From NCBI GenBank assembly GCA_002328025.1, contig DCVE01000014.1:69882-133881 (forward strand): DNA of 64,000 nucleotides, in the 5' to 3' direction. Of this stretch, positions 28,413 through 38,050 are shown piece by piece. This DNA is from Patescibacteria group bacterium UBA2196. Lineage in GTDB: Bacteria > Patescibacteriota > Patescibacteriia > UBA2196. The notes beneath the pieces were generated by a model, which was given only the letters and a program-made list of their open reading frames with translations, was not told the origin of the DNA and searched no databases. The translations under genes were made by a program, and so were the position numbers. How positions within the stretch are numbered: the stretch's first letter is position 1; each line of letters starts with the position of its first letter.

Positions 28413-29540
28413 ATGACTGATATTTTGGATAAAGTTATCTCTTCAGCCGATTTTAAAGAGAAAACAGCCATTTCGTGGATAGAGGTTGTAAATTCTTTAT
28501 TGGCTTTAATTAAGGCGCGTGAGGCCGAAATTTTGCGTTTACGTTCTGGGTTATATGAAAACAAAGAACATACATTGGAAGAAATCGGACGTAAAATGAA
28601 TTTGACTCGCGAACGAGTGCGTCAATTGGAGAAAAACGCCAAGGAAGACATTAAAGCGCATAAAAATTTTGATGGTATTATAGCACCGGCTAAAAATGCG
28701 GTAGAACGGGCTTTAAATGAACATGGTGGTCTCTCCACCAAAGAAAGGATTTTACAGACTGTTCTTATTAATTATGAAATAGAGGACAATAAAAAGTTTT
28801 TGCAATTTTTAATTGATAATTTTATTGATAAAGCGCAAGATGTTAAAAATGATCAGTTTGGTGAGGGGTGGCATTTAAATGCACAATATTTAAATTTGGC
28901 AGCCGAAGTTTTGGAGCAGATTAAAATTTTAATCGAAACTAAAAATAATTTAGTGCAAGAAGATGAATTGCTGGAAAATTTTCAAAAAACAGATTTTTAT
29001 AAAAATAATCAAGATAAATTTTTAAATTTTTTAAGCAAAAACGGTAATGATTTAAGAAAGGTTTTAACTTCTTATTTGGATTTATCGCATGAATTTGACA
29101 AGACCCCCTTTAAACAGTGGGGCAAAGCTGATTGGCGTACTATCACTCCACGCAGAATTAATGATAAAATTTATTCAATTTTGGATTGGTATAAACAACC
29201 AATGCATTTTCGTGATATTGCTGACAAAATTAATGCCGCCAAGTTTGATAAAAAAATCGCACATTCGGCCACCATTCATAATGACCTAATTGCTGACGAA
29301 CGTTTTGTTTTAATTGGACGCGGTGTCTATGCGTTAAAAGATTGGGGTTATAAAAGCGGTGTGGTGGCTGATTTAATTGAACAGATTATTGAAAATGCTG
29401 AACAGCCTTTAAATAAAGAAGAAATTGTTGCTGAGGTTTTAAAACAAAGAGACGTTAAAGCTAACACTGTTTTATTAGCGCTTAATAAAGACGGTCGTTT
29501 TGAAAAGACTATTACTGGCGGATTTAAGATAAAGGCATAA
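28413..29540 (+). CDS. sigma70 region-4 domain fused to HARE-HTH / RNAP delta-like wHTH domains
   Basis: REAEILRLRSGL...TLEEIG..MNLTRERVRQLE; C-terminal PMHFRDIA...IHNDLIADERFVLIGRGVYALKDWG; no region 2. Confidence 0.8.
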   Translation: MTDILDKVISSADFKEKTAISWIEVVNSLLALIKAREAEILRLRSGLYENKEHTLEEIGRKMNLTRERVRQLEKNAKEDIKAHKNFDGIIAPAKNAVERALNEHGGLSTKERILQTVLINYEIEDNKKFLQFLIDNFIDKAQDVKNDQFGEGWHLNAQYLNLAAEVLEQIKILIETKNNLVQEDELLENFQKTDFYKNNQDKFLNFLSKNGNDLRKVLTSYLDLSHEFDKTPFKQWGKADWRTITPRRINDKIYSILDWYKQPMHFRDIADKINAAKFDKKIAHSATIHNDLIADERFVLIGRGVYALKDWGYKSGVVADLIEQIIENAEQPLNKEEIVAEVLKQRDVKANTVLLALNKDGRFEKTITGGFKIKA

Positions 29541-29546
29541 TTTTTT

Positions 29547-29592
29547 AAAAACACCCACTCCAATAATTATTGGGGTAGGTGTTTTTATTTTG
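29547..29592 (+). terminator. intrinsic terminator
   Basis: AAAAACACCCACTCCAATA / TATTGGGGTAGGTGTTTTT. Confidence 0.75.
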
Positions 29593-29658
29593 TATATTTT
29601 ATGATATTATGTATTATATATATTCTTTATCCAATTTATAATATAATTCATATTATAT

Positions 29659-31071
29659 ATGGAATTTATTTTGAGTTTATTTAATTTAGACATTGTTAGC
29701 CTATCTGCTTTGGGTGCGCATAATCCTTTTTATCTAATTTGGTTTTTCTTTATTCACGGCGGTTGGGTGCTTTTTATTATCACTTTTATATTTCTTAGCC
29801 CAGTTCTATGGATGGACTGGCGTCAGGGATTGTATGCCAAGACCATTAAGTGGGTTTTTTTAGCCATTGATGTTCCAAGAAATAACGAACAATCACCCAA
29901 GGCAATAGAACAAATTTTTAATCAAATTTGGGGCTCTATAACCGATTATACACTTTGGGCTAAGTTATGGCAGGGTAAATTTATGCCAAGTTTCAGTCTG
30001 GAATTAGTTTCTATTGATGGTTATATACAATATATTATTCGTACACCCAAACAGTGGCGTGATTTAATTGAGTCAGCTGTCTATGCGCAATATCCAGACG
30101 CTGAAATAGCCGAAATTGAAGATTATACCAAAGACTTTACACCAAATAATTTTATAGAAAAAGGTTATGATTTGTGGGGTACGCAATTGCAATTGACCAA
30201 TCTGGAATACTATCCCATTCGAACCTATCCTTTTTTTGAACATTCCATTGCCAAAAAAATAGTTGATCCTATGTCGGCTTTACTCGAAATGATGAGCAAA
30301 TTAGGTCGCGGCGAACAATTGTGGTACCAGATTATAATTAAACCGGTTGGTGATGATGTCTGGAAAATCAATGCTGAAAAATTAGTTAAGAAATTAATTG
30401 GTGCCGAAACCAAAGAAGAAGCCCAGACTATTCTGGATAATATTTTTAGCCGGCTTTATAATACCACTAATTTTTTATTACCCTTGCAAAGCACCGAACA
30501 AAAAAAAGAACAAAAATTACCTTCCAAAGTTCTTTACATGTCGAAGGGTGAGTTGGAAACGGTGGCGGCCATTGAGATGAAAGCTTCCAAGACCGGTTTT
30601 AAGACCAAAATGCGCATGATTTATATTGGCAAAAAAGACGCATTTTTTAAACCACGTGGTTTGTCACCGTTTTTTGGTGCTTTGCGACAATATGCCGGAA
30701 CTAACGGTTTTAAACCAGCCGGTAAAACAGCCACCAAAGCTGAGTATTTTTTTATTAAACCGCGCCTGTTGTATAAACAAAAGAGAATTTTGAAGCACTA
30801 TAAATCACGAGCATTAGATGCGGGGGTCAAAGAAGACGGTTATCTCTTAAATGTGGAAGAATTAGCTTCTGTCTACCACTTTCCTAGTATTGAAGTACCA
30901 ACCAAGATGGTGCACACTTCTTTAAGTAAAAAGGTTCAAGCACCCATGAACATTCCTTTTGATGATTTTTCCGAACCAGAAATTTTTATTAAAAAAGAAC
31001 CCCAGTCTCCAGAGAATGATACAAATAATACTGGATCAACCATGGCTCCGCCTCCAAATTTACCCATTTAA
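29659..31071 (+). CDS. membrane-anchored protein homologous to the N-terminal half of 21245..23815
   Basis: Shared blocks SLEL/IV, AQY...E..DY, I.TY..F, DP...L...SKLG, LN.EELASV.HFP. Confidence 0.8.
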   Translation: MEFILSLFNLDIVSLSALGAHNPFYLIWFFFIHGGWVLFIITFIFLSPVLWMDWRQGLYAKTIKWVFLAIDVPRNNEQSPKAIEQIFNQIWGSITDYTLWAKLWQGKFMPSFSLELVSIDGYIQYIIRTPKQWRDLIESAVYAQYPDAEIAEIEDYTKDFTPNNFIEKGYDLWGTQLQLTNLEYYPIRTYPFFEHSIAKKIVDPMSALLEMMSKLGRGEQLWYQIIIKPVGDDVWKINAEKLVKKLIGAETKEEAQTILDNIFSRLYNTTNFLLPLQSTEQKKEQKLPSKVLYMSKGELETVAAIEMKASKTGFKTKMRMIYIGKKDAFFKPRGLSPFFGALRQYAGTNGFKPAGKTATKAEYFFIKPRLLYKQKRILKHYKSRALDAGVKEDGYLLNVEELASVYHFPSIEVPTKMVHTSLSKKVQAPMNIPFDDFSEPEIFIKKEPQSPENDTNNTGSTMAPPPNLPI

Positions 31072-31080
31072 TTTTTTTGT

Positions 31081-33036
31081 ATGATTGTCTACGACCACGA
31101 TCATGATCGTGAAATAACATATTTCGCTGCCACAAATTTCCGCAATCAAATGCTAAAATTTGGCATAAAAACCGAAGATCGTCGGAGGCATGTTTATATT
31201 CTTGGTAAAACCGGCAGTGGTAAAACGACTCTGGAAGCCAATATGGCTCTGCAAGATATTGAGCGCGGTCATGGCATGTGTTTGGTGGATCCACATGGTG
31301 ATGTTTTAAATTCTGTTTTGGATTACATTCCATCTCATCGTGTTAATGATGTAATCTATTTTAATCCATCCGATACTGCTTACCCCATTGCTTTTAATAT
31401 TTTAGAAAACATCAATCCTGAACATAAGCATTTGGTGGCTTCTGGTTTAATGAGCGTCTTTAAAAAGATTTGGGCCAATCTGTGGTCGGCGCGTATGGAA
31501 TATATTTTAAATAATTGTATTTTGGCTCTTTTAGATTCACCCGGCAATACATTATTAGGCATTATGCGCATACTTACAGATAAAGATTTCCGTCGTAAAA
31601 TTGTGGATAACATTAAAGATCCAGTGGTTAAATCTTTTTGGGTCAATGAATATGCTAATTATCAGGATCGATTTCGTCAGGAAGCTATTGCGCCAATTCA
31701 AAATAAAGTTGGACAATTTTTATCTTCGGCTGTCATTCGTAACATTGTTGGCCAAACCAAATCTACCATTGAACCCAGAAAAATAATTGATGAGGGAAAA
31801 ATTTTACTGCTTGACTTAGCTAAGGGTAAGATTGGTGAAGACAATTCTTCTTTGTTAGGAGCCATGATGATTACTAAGATTTGGTTGGCTGCCATGTCAC
31901 GTGTGGATGTGCCGGAAAGTGAACGGCTTGATTTTTATTTATACGTGGATGAATTTCAGAATTTTGCCACTGAATCTTTTGCTGACATTTTGTCTGAAGC
32001 CAGAAAATATCGTTTAAATTTAACTGTGGCGCATCAATATATTGCTCAACTTGTTTCGCCAGATTCCACCCGTGTTAAAGATGCGGTTTTTGGCAACGTG
32101 GGTACTATAATTTGTTTTCGTGTTGGCGGCGGCGACGCTAAAGAGTTAATTAAAGAATTTGAACCGACTTTTTTGGAAGAAGATCTAGTTAATATTGGTA
32201 AACACGAAATATTTTTAAAACTAATGATTGATGGTATGGCCTCGGCGCCTTTTAGCGCCAAAACTTTACCGCCACTTTCCACTGGTCGTGAAAATAAAAA
32301 TCGTGAAAAAATTGTTCGTATTTCGCGTGAACGTTATTCTAACACCAAAGAAGAAGTTGAAGAAAAAATTATGCGTTGGTCGGGTGTAGAAGAAATGTTT
32401 AAAGAAACTGCCAAAGCCGAATATGTGGATGAAGAAAAGATGGTCTATAAAGAAGCTGAAATTAAAACCAATAATTCAAGTAATATAAAAAAAATAGCTG
32501 AAACAAAATCTGCGGCAGTACGGGAAGTTCAGACAGATGACAAAAAATATTTGGATGCTTTTTGTGACAATTGCGGTCAACCAACTCGCATTAACTTTTT
32601 ACCAGATTTAAGTAAAGCAATTTTTTGCCGCAATTGCTTGAAAGAATTTAAAAAAGGCAGTATTGATCCACATAAATTAAAATCTAAGAACAGTCATCTT
32701 TTGGACACCGTTAAACAACAACAGATGGGTGCAGCGACAACCTTAATACCCCCAGAAGTGACTATTTTATCCACTCAAAACACAAAAGTCTTGGAAAAAA
32801 GTTTGGTATCTGCTAAAGTTATAACATCCATATCACCTGATCAGGTTTTAACAGCTAAAACCAAAAAGGCAAAAATAAACTTTTTGGACAGTCTAAAATA
32901 TAAGCCGGAAGAAAAAAGTCAACCAACCGTTGACTTAGATGCTTTAAAAGATATAAATCAAGTGGTGCCTTTTAATAAATTTGGAACAAAAAAGGAACCT
33001 CAAAAGATTAATCCCGGGCAGGTGATAAGGTTTTAA
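31081..33036 (+). CDS. VirD4/TrwB/HerA-like ATPase with CxxC-x17-CxxC domain
   Basis: HVYILGKTGSGKT, VDPHGD, LYVDEFQNF, EARKY; CDNC-17 aa-CRNC near the C-terminus. Confidence 0.88.
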   Translation: MIVYDHDHDREITYFAATNFRNQMLKFGIKTEDRRRHVYILGKTGSGKTTLEANMALQDIERGHGMCLVDPHGDVLNSVLDYIPSHRVNDVIYFNPSDTAYPIAFNILENINPEHKHLVASGLMSVFKKIWANLWSARMEYILNNCILALLDSPGNTLLGIMRILTDKDFRRKIVDNIKDPVVKSFWVNEYANYQDRFRQEAIAPIQNKVGQFLSSAVIRNIVGQTKSTIEPRKIIDEGKILLLDLAKGKIGEDNSSLLGAMMITKIWLAAMSRVDVPESERLDFYLYVDEFQNFATESFADILSEARKYRLNLTVAHQYIAQLVSPDSTRVKDAVFGNVGTIICFRVGGGDAKELIKEFEPTFLEEDLVNIGKHEIFLKLMIDGMASAPFSAKTLPPLSTGRENKNREKIVRISRERYSNTKEEVEEKIMRWSGVEEMFKETAKAEYVDEEKMVYKEAEIKTNNSSNIKKIAETKSAAVREVQTDDKKYLDAFCDNCGQPTRINFLPDLSKAIFCRNCLKEFKKGSIDPHKLKSKNSHLLDTVKQQQMGAATTLIPPEVTILSTQNTKVLEKSLVSAKVITSISPDQVLTAKTKKAKINFLDSLKYKPEEKSQPTVDLDALKDINQVVPFNKFGTKKEPQKINPGQVIRF

Positions 33037-33044
33037 ATCGTAGT

Positions 33045-34970
33045 ATGCCCAACCTTTTTGTCATTGAAGAAAAACCGCAAAAAATTAAAAATAACAAACT
33101 TGGTTTTTATAATCAGCAAATAAGCAGTGAATCTTTTGATTTTGATTCAAAAAAAGAAGCACTTAAAGTAACCATTAATCAGACCAGAGTGGTTATTTTT
33201 TTTGTTTTTATTATTTTGTTTTTATTAATTTTTATTTATAGAGCTTTTTATTTACAGATTTTAAAAGGGGATTATTGGTATGGTGTCGCCGAGGGTAATA
33301 GAATAAGAATTGAAAAACAAGTGCCGCCGCGGGGTGTAATTTTTGATCGCAATTTAAAATCCCTAGTTAATAATTCGCCAGATTTTATTTTATCTTTCGT
33401 GCCTTTTGATTTGGTTAATGATGCGACAGAAATTAGTCGGATAGTGACTTTTTTACAACAAGAAAAAATAATTTTTTCTGTTGACGAGTTGTATGAAAAG
33501 ATAAAAAAAACTGACCACCAATCCATTGAGCCAGTTGAAATTATTGATCAGATTAGTTACGAACAAGCCTTAAAATTAATGATGCAAATAGAAAATTTTC
33601 CAGCTTTACGTTTGAATTATATTAATAAACGTAATTATATTGATGCACGTTATGGCCTGGCGCACGTTTTGGGTTATATGGGTAAAATGGATGAAAACTC
33701 TTGGCGAAGCATGCAAAAAAAAGATTATCTTTTAATTGATTGGATTGGTAAAAGCGGTTTGGAAAAAGTTTACGAAGAAAAATTACGTGGTGTGGTTGGA
33801 AGAAAAGAAGTTGAAGTTAACGCACGCGGCGAAATCAAAAAAAACATTAGCAATAAAAAAATAGTCAAGGGTAGTAGTTTAATTTTAGGTGTTGATGCAG
33901 ATTTTAATGCTTTTTTGGCTGATAAACTGTGTACAGCGGCCAATTTTTACAGTGCTAAGGCCGCTGCTTTGGCCACTAATCCACAAAATGGCGAGATATT
34001 GGCTCTGGTGTCCTGTCCTATATATAATAATAATTATTTTAATAATACATTACTTTACAAAGCAGAAATTGAAAATTTATTAGGAGATAAAAAACAGCCG
34101 CTTTTTAATCGCGCAGTACAGGGCAAATATCCAGCTGGTTCAATTTTTAAATTAGCGATGGCTGCGGCTGGTTTACAAGAAAAAATAATTACTAAAGACA
34201 CAAAAATAAATTCTACGGGTGGTCTTAGTATTGGACAGTGGTTTTTTCCAGACTGGAAAGCCGGTGGTCACGGCCCAACAAATGTTACCAAGGCTATTGC
34301 TGAATCTGTAAATACCTTTTTTTATTATGTGGGTGGAGGCTTTGGTGACGAATTTGCTGGTTTGGGGTTAGAAAGAATAGTTAGTTATGCCAATAAATTT
34401 TATTTTAATCATACATTAGGCATCGATTTGCCGGCTGAAGCCAGTGGTTTTTTACCCAGCCAAGAGTGGAAAAAGAAAAATACTGGTGAAGATTGGTATA
34501 TTGGCGATACCTACCATCTTTCTATTGGTCAAGGTGATTTAACCGTTACGCCTTTACAAATTTTGGCATTGACCAGTTATTTTGCCAACGGCGGTACATT
34601 GTACCAACCACACCTTTTAAAAGGTTTGATCGATGGTAAAAACATTACCACCTATGTGGAAGCAAAAGTTTTAGCAAAAAATATTATTGATAGCAATAAT
34701 ATTGAACTTGTGCGTCAGGGTATGCGCCAGGCAGTCTTATCCGGTTCGGCCAGCTCATTACAAGATTTACCCGTGACCTCCGCTGCTAAAACTGGGACTG
34801 CTCAATCTGGTAATAACCAACAACCGCATGCTTGGTTTACTGTTTTTGCACCTTTTGAAAATCCAGAAATAGCCATTACAATTTTGATTGAAAATGGCGT
34901 GGAGGGTAGTACCACGGCTTTACCAATCGCCAAAGATGCCTTAAGCTGGTATTTTACGCGACCAAAATAA
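33045..34970 (+). CDS. mrdA: penicillin-binding protein 2 (class B)
   Basis: RGVIFDRN, GKSGLEK.YE..LRG, GSIFK (SxxK), SVN, KTGTAQ. Confidence 0.92.
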   Translation: MPNLFVIEEKPQKIKNNKLGFYNQQISSESFDFDSKKEALKVTINQTRVVIFFVFIILFLLIFIYRAFYLQILKGDYWYGVAEGNRIRIEKQVPPRGVIFDRNLKSLVNNSPDFILSFVPFDLVNDATEISRIVTFLQQEKIIFSVDELYEKIKKTDHQSIEPVEIIDQISYEQALKLMMQIENFPALRLNYINKRNYIDARYGLAHVLGYMGKMDENSWRSMQKKDYLLIDWIGKSGLEKVYEEKLRGVVGRKEVEVNARGEIKKNISNKKIVKGSSLILGVDADFNAFLADKLCTAANFYSAKAAALATNPQNGEILALVSCPIYNNNYFNNTLLYKAEIENLLGDKKQPLFNRAVQGKYPAGSIFKLAMAAAGLQEKIITKDTKINSTGGLSIGQWFFPDWKAGGHGPTNVTKAIAESVNTFFYYVGGGFGDEFAGLGLERIVSYANKFYFNHTLGIDLPAEASGFLPSQEWKKKNTGEDWYIGDTYHLSIGQGDLTVTPLQILALTSYFANGGTLYQPHLLKGLIDGKNITTYVEAKVLAKNIIDSNNIELVRQGMRQAVLSGSASSLQDLPVTSAAKTGTAQSGNNQQPHAWFTVFAPFENPEIAITILIENGVEGSTTALPIAKDALSWYFTRPK

Positions 34971-35053
34971 ATTTTTATATTTAATTTCACAAATAAAAAT
35001 TGCGATTTTTTAAGTTGGTGTGCTATAATAAAAGCAAATAATGGTTATTTTTT

Positions 35054-36304
35054 ATGTCAAAATTAAAACAAGAACCAAAAAATAAAACTTTAAAATTTCC
35101 CAAAGAGTTTTTATGGGGTACAGCCACCGCCGCTCATCAAATTGAGGGCATTAATATCAATTCTGACTGGTGGCACTGGGAAGAAATTGGCGTCATAAAA
35201 CACAAATCTGGTCAGGCTTGTGATAGTTATCAACGCTACCTAGATGATCACGAAATAATTGAGAAAATAAATAACAACGCATATCGTTTTTCCATTGAGT
35301 GGGCGCGTATAGAACCAGTTTGTGGGCACTTTGATCGTGAGGTTATGCAACATTATTTAGCGGTTGTAGCGGATCTAAAAAAAAGAGGTATTAAAATAAT
35401 GCTGACCTTGCATCATTTTACCAATCCCGAGTGGTTTGCAAATAAGGGAGGGTGGACAAGTATAAAAAGTGCTTGGTATTTTAAACGTTATGTTACCTTT
35501 GTGGCTGAAAATCTTGGTGGTTTGGTTGATTTTTGGGTTACCATTAACGAGCCAGAGGTTTATGCCGACATGTGTTATCATAAAGCCGTTTGGCCGCCAC
35601 AAGAAAAAAATAATAAAAAAGCCTTACGAACTTATTTGAATATGGCTTTGGCCCATCGGTTGGTGTATAATTTTTTACATAAAAAATTAAAAAATCCCCA
35701 GGTGGGTTTTGCTATGAATGTCATATCATTTGCTTCTTATCGTAAGCATCGTCTTTTGGAACTTCTTTATGTGCATTTGGCGGATCGTTTTTTTAATCAT
35801 TCTTTTTATGATTTGACAAAAAATAAACATGACTTTTTAGGTATTAATTATTATTTTCGTGTCCGTTTAAAACAAAGAGATGATAGTTGGTTGCCGGAAA
35901 CTGAAGGCATTACGGAAGGTGAGCGCGATAAATCTGATGTGGGTTGGGTTATTTATCCGCACGGTATTTTTGATGTCTTGATGGATCTATCAGATTTTAA
36001 TCTTCCAATTTATATCACTGAAAACGGCGTGGCTGCCCAAGACGATCGCAAACGTGAAAAATTTATCGTCGACCACTTGGTTGAAATTTACCATGCTCTA
36101 AAAGCCGGAGTGGATGTCAGGGGTTATTTTCACTGGTCACTTTTGGATAATTTTGAATGGGAAAAGGGCTTTGAAGCAAAATTTGGATTGGTTGATGTCG
36201 ATTTAAAAAATTTTAAAAGAACAATTAAACCCAGTGGTGAGCTGTATGCTAAAATTGCCAAAAACAATGCCGTCCTGGGTGAAATGAGAGAGCTGTTTGA
36301 GTAG
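35054..36304 (+). CDS. glycoside hydrolase family 1
   Basis: FLWGTATAAHQIEG, RFSIEWARI, TINEP, YITENG, WSLLDNFEW. Confidence 0.95.
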   Translation: MSKLKQEPKNKTLKFPKEFLWGTATAAHQIEGININSDWWHWEEIGVIKHKSGQACDSYQRYLDDHEIIEKINNNAYRFSIEWARIEPVCGHFDREVMQHYLAVVADLKKRGIKIMLTLHHFTNPEWFANKGGWTSIKSAWYFKRYVTFVAENLGGLVDFWVTINEPEVYADMCYHKAVWPPQEKNNKKALRTYLNMALAHRLVYNFLHKKLKNPQVGFAMNVISFASYRKHRLLELLYVHLADRFFNHSFYDLTKNKHDFLGINYYFRVRLKQRDDSWLPETEGITEGERDKSDVGWVIYPHGIFDVLMDLSDFNLPIYITENGVAAQDDRKREKFIVDHLVEIYHALKAGVDVRGYFHWSLLDNFEWEKGFEAKFGLVDVDLKNFKRTIKPSGELYAKIAKNNAVLGEMRELFE

Positions 36305-36331
36305 AAATTGAAAATTAGAAATTAAATTTTT

Positions 36332-37300
36332 ATGACTTGGCTAATAGTTGCTTTGGTGGCTTATTTTTTAAATGCCATCGCCATGGTTATTGATAAGACT
36401 TTGTTAAAAAAAGGCGGGATTGAAAGTCCGGTTGTCTATACTTTTTATATTGCCGCGCTAGGCTCAGTGTTAATGCTGTTTGTTATTCCTTTTGGTTTTA
36501 GCGTGCCTGCGCCTTTCGTGGTATTAGTTTCTTTAATTGCCGGCGCGGTTTTTGTGTGGGCGCTTATTTTACAGTTTAAAGCTTTAGCTAAGGATGATGC
36601 TACGCGTGTCATTTCTTCTATCGGTGGTCTGGTGCCAGTGTTTGTTTTTATCTTAGCTTGGTTTGTTTTGGAAGAAAATTTTTCTAGGTATGAATTTTGT
36701 GGTGGCATTCTTTTGGTCGCCGGTTCATTTCTAATCTCTTTGGATTTTCACGAACGTGGTGGTGCCTGGACCTGGTTAAAGAAAAAAATGGGCTATACAA
36801 AATTTGCTCTCCCACACATTCGTCAGACTTTATGGCTAGCTTTGCCTTCCGCATTGCTTTATGCCATTTCCAGCATCTTGACGAAATTTGTTTATAACAA
36901 TACAACTTTTTTGAATGGTTTTATTTGGACGCGGCTAGGTTCTTTATTGGCAGTTTTATCACTTTTGTTAATTGCTAAAAATCGTCACGACATCAAAAGC
37001 AGCTTGCAGAAAGGTAAGCAAAACAATAGCAATCAAAAAAATCAACGTTTTCGTTTTCTATTCGGTCAAGCCTGTGGTGGATCTTCGGCGCTTCTGCAAC
37101 AGTATGCCATTTTTTTGGGCTCGGTAGTTTTAGTCAATGCTTTGCAAGGCACTCAGTATGCTTTTGTTTTTGTGTTAGTTATTATCTTAACTTTATTCGC
37201 GCCAAAATTGCTAAAAGAAAAAATTACCCAAGAAATTGTTATCCAAAAAATTATTTCTATTATTTTAATTGCAGTTGGTTTGTATTTAGTGACAGTCTAG
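36332..37300 (+). CDS. EamA/DMT-family membrane protein
   Basis: About 10 hydrophobic segments in two repeats. Confidence 0.75.
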   Translation: MTWLIVALVAYFLNAIAMVIDKTLLKKGGIESPVVYTFYIAALGSVLMLFVIPFGFSVPAPFVVLVSLIAGAVFVWALILQFKALAKDDATRVISSIGGLVPVFVFILAWFVLEENFSRYEFCGGILLVAGSFLISLDFHERGGAWTWLKKKMGYTKFALPHIRQTLWLALPSALLYAISSILTKFVYNNTTFLNGFIWTRLGSLLAVLSLLLIAKNRHDIKSSLQKGKQNNSNQKNQRFRFLFGQACGGSSALLQQYAIFLGSVVLVNALQGTQYAFVFVLVIILTLFAPKLLKEKITQEIVIQKIISIILIAVGLYLVTV

Positions 37301-37312
37301 GTTTTATTTCTT

Positions 37313-38044
37313 ATGAACTATCAAAATCCAAAGACCTCAATTATTATTAGAACTAGAAATGAAGATAATACTTTTGAAGAAGTTTTGTCTTGTATAGAAA
37401 AACAAACGTATCAAGATTTTGAAATTATTGTTGTAGATGATAATTCAACGGATAAAACACAGCAAATTGCTAAAGAACACGACTGTAAAATTGTGCTGAT
37501 ACCAGAAGGAAAATTTTCACACCCATACTCATGCAACTTGGGCGCTCAAAATGCACAAGGTAAATATCTGGTGTATCTTAATGGTCACGCACTGCCAATT
37601 TCTGACACCTGGTTGGCTGATGGTTTAAAAAATTTTAAAGATAAAAAAATAGCTGGCATCTATGCTTTTGTTATAGCCAGAAAAAATAGTACTTTAGCTG
37701 ATAAGATACTTTATGATGTTGTGGGTAGAACCATTGGTGCATTAAAATTTAAAGCCAATAAAAAAATGACTGGTGTTCTAGGCACAACCAACGCCATTAT
37801 TAGGAAAGATTTATGGAATCAATATCATTTCAATGAAAAATTTAATAGCGGTTGGGGCGGTGAAGACACAAATTGGGCCCGATATTTTATGGAACGTGGA
37901 TATTGTATAGTTCACGAACCAAAGTTTAGAGTTAGGCATTCACACAATTTAAGCTGGAAAGATTTTTTTTGGCAATTAAAAAATTGGCTAAAAATGGCTT
38001 ATCCGGTTCTTGGTATTCCTGAGAAACAAAGAAAGAATGTATAA
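37313..38044 (+). CDS. glycosyltransferase family 2
   Basis: SIIIRTRNE, EIIVVDDNSTD, GGED..W. Confidence 0.9.
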   Translation: MNYQNPKTSIIIRTRNEDNTFEEVLSCIEKQTYQDFEIIVVDDNSTDKTQQIAKEHDCKIVLIPEGKFSHPYSCNLGAQNAQGKYLVYLNGHALPISDTWLADGLKNFKDKKIAGIYAFVIARKNSTLADKILYDVVGRTIGALKFKANKKMTGVLGTTNAIIRKDLWNQYHFNEKFNSGWGGEDTNWARYFMERGYCIVHEPKFRVRHSHNLSWKDFFWQLKNWLKMAYPVLGIPEKQRKNV

Positions 38045-38050
38045 AAAGCA

